DNA of 60,534 nt from a bacterium. GTDB lineage: Bacteria > Bdellovibrionota_C > UBA2361 > CALJRW01. Position 1 is the stretch's first letter. The number at the start of each line of letters is the position of its first letter. Below the pieces are notes generated by a model. It was not told the DNA's origin. It searched no databases and saw only the letters and a list, made by a program, of their open reading frames with translations. The position numbers were made by a program, and so were the translations under genes. The stretch is from contig JANNBC010000046.1 in NCBI GenBank assembly GCA_031385045.1, positions 1 to 60,534 on the forward strand, in the 5' to 3' direction. Below are positions 60,095-60,534 of this stretch, piece after piece.

Positions 60095-60373
60095 ATGAAC
60101 TGGAATGAAATTGAAGGCGACTGGAAACAGCTAAGTGGTAGTATTAAAAAACAATGGGGCAAGCTCACCGATAATGATCTTAAAATTTTGGAAGGAAAGA
60201 AAGATCTTTTAGTTGGTAAAATTCAAGAATACTATGGAGTCGCTGAGGAAGAGGCAGAAACTCAAGTTGAAAAATGGGCAGTGGCTAACAAAACTATGTT
60301 AGATGATAATAAGCTTGTTACACTGGGAAAGGATAACCAGAAGAAATCAGGAGGCTGTGATACCTGTCATTAA
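60095..60373 (+). CDS. csbD: CsbD-family stress protein
   Basis: MNWNEIEGDWKQ..G.IK.QWGKLTDNDL...GKIQE.YG. Confidence 0.9.
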   Translation: MNWNEIEGDWKQLSGSIKKQWGKLTDNDLKILEGKKDLLVGKIQEYYGVAEEEAETQVEKWAVANKTMLDDNKLVTLGKDNQKKSGGCDTCH

Positions 60374-60534
60374 TGGATGATCAATATAATACGGAAGAGC
60401 CAGGCTCGAATGTCACTTACCTTCGTAATACTAATTTTGTTTTCGAAGAGCTAAGTGATCGAAATTAATCTACTTTTTTAACTAATTGCGAAGAGCATAA
60501 TTTGTCTGCATTTTATGATGATTACCTTTATTTT

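Noticed and set aside
1..60534. GC-skew switch near 30.7 kb
   Set aside because: Spot counts by eye were mixed and confounded by gene strand; it needs computation and is not claimed.

Overview
AT-rich bacterial DNA with housekeeping genes (prs, rlmJ, trpS, folC, an IspA-type prenyl synthase, ilvA, a 2782-aa cyclic beta-1,2-glucan synthase, csbD) mixed with glycosylation genes, type IV pilins and many orphans. The main feature, at about 26.5-32.7 kb, looks like a complete plasmid-type replicon among core genes. It has an RPA/RepA-type initiator transcribed divergently from parA-parB. The 520-bp spacer holds 22-bp-phased iteron-like repeats, two IHF consensus sites and a six-GATC cluster. Two unusual 17-bp parS-like palindromes follow parB, and an orphan DpnA-like methyltransferase lies about 3 kb away. 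No dnaA gene is in the window and I saw no perfect DnaA box in the spacer. Also present: two inverted copies of a ~150-nt three-hairpin element with covariation, a single-chain tandem MutS-like ATPase, several genes broken by one in-frame stop (PLD, pilin, menA), a back-to-back deletion scar, and a probable IS4 end at the left edge. All calls come from motif recognition by eye; no searches were run.
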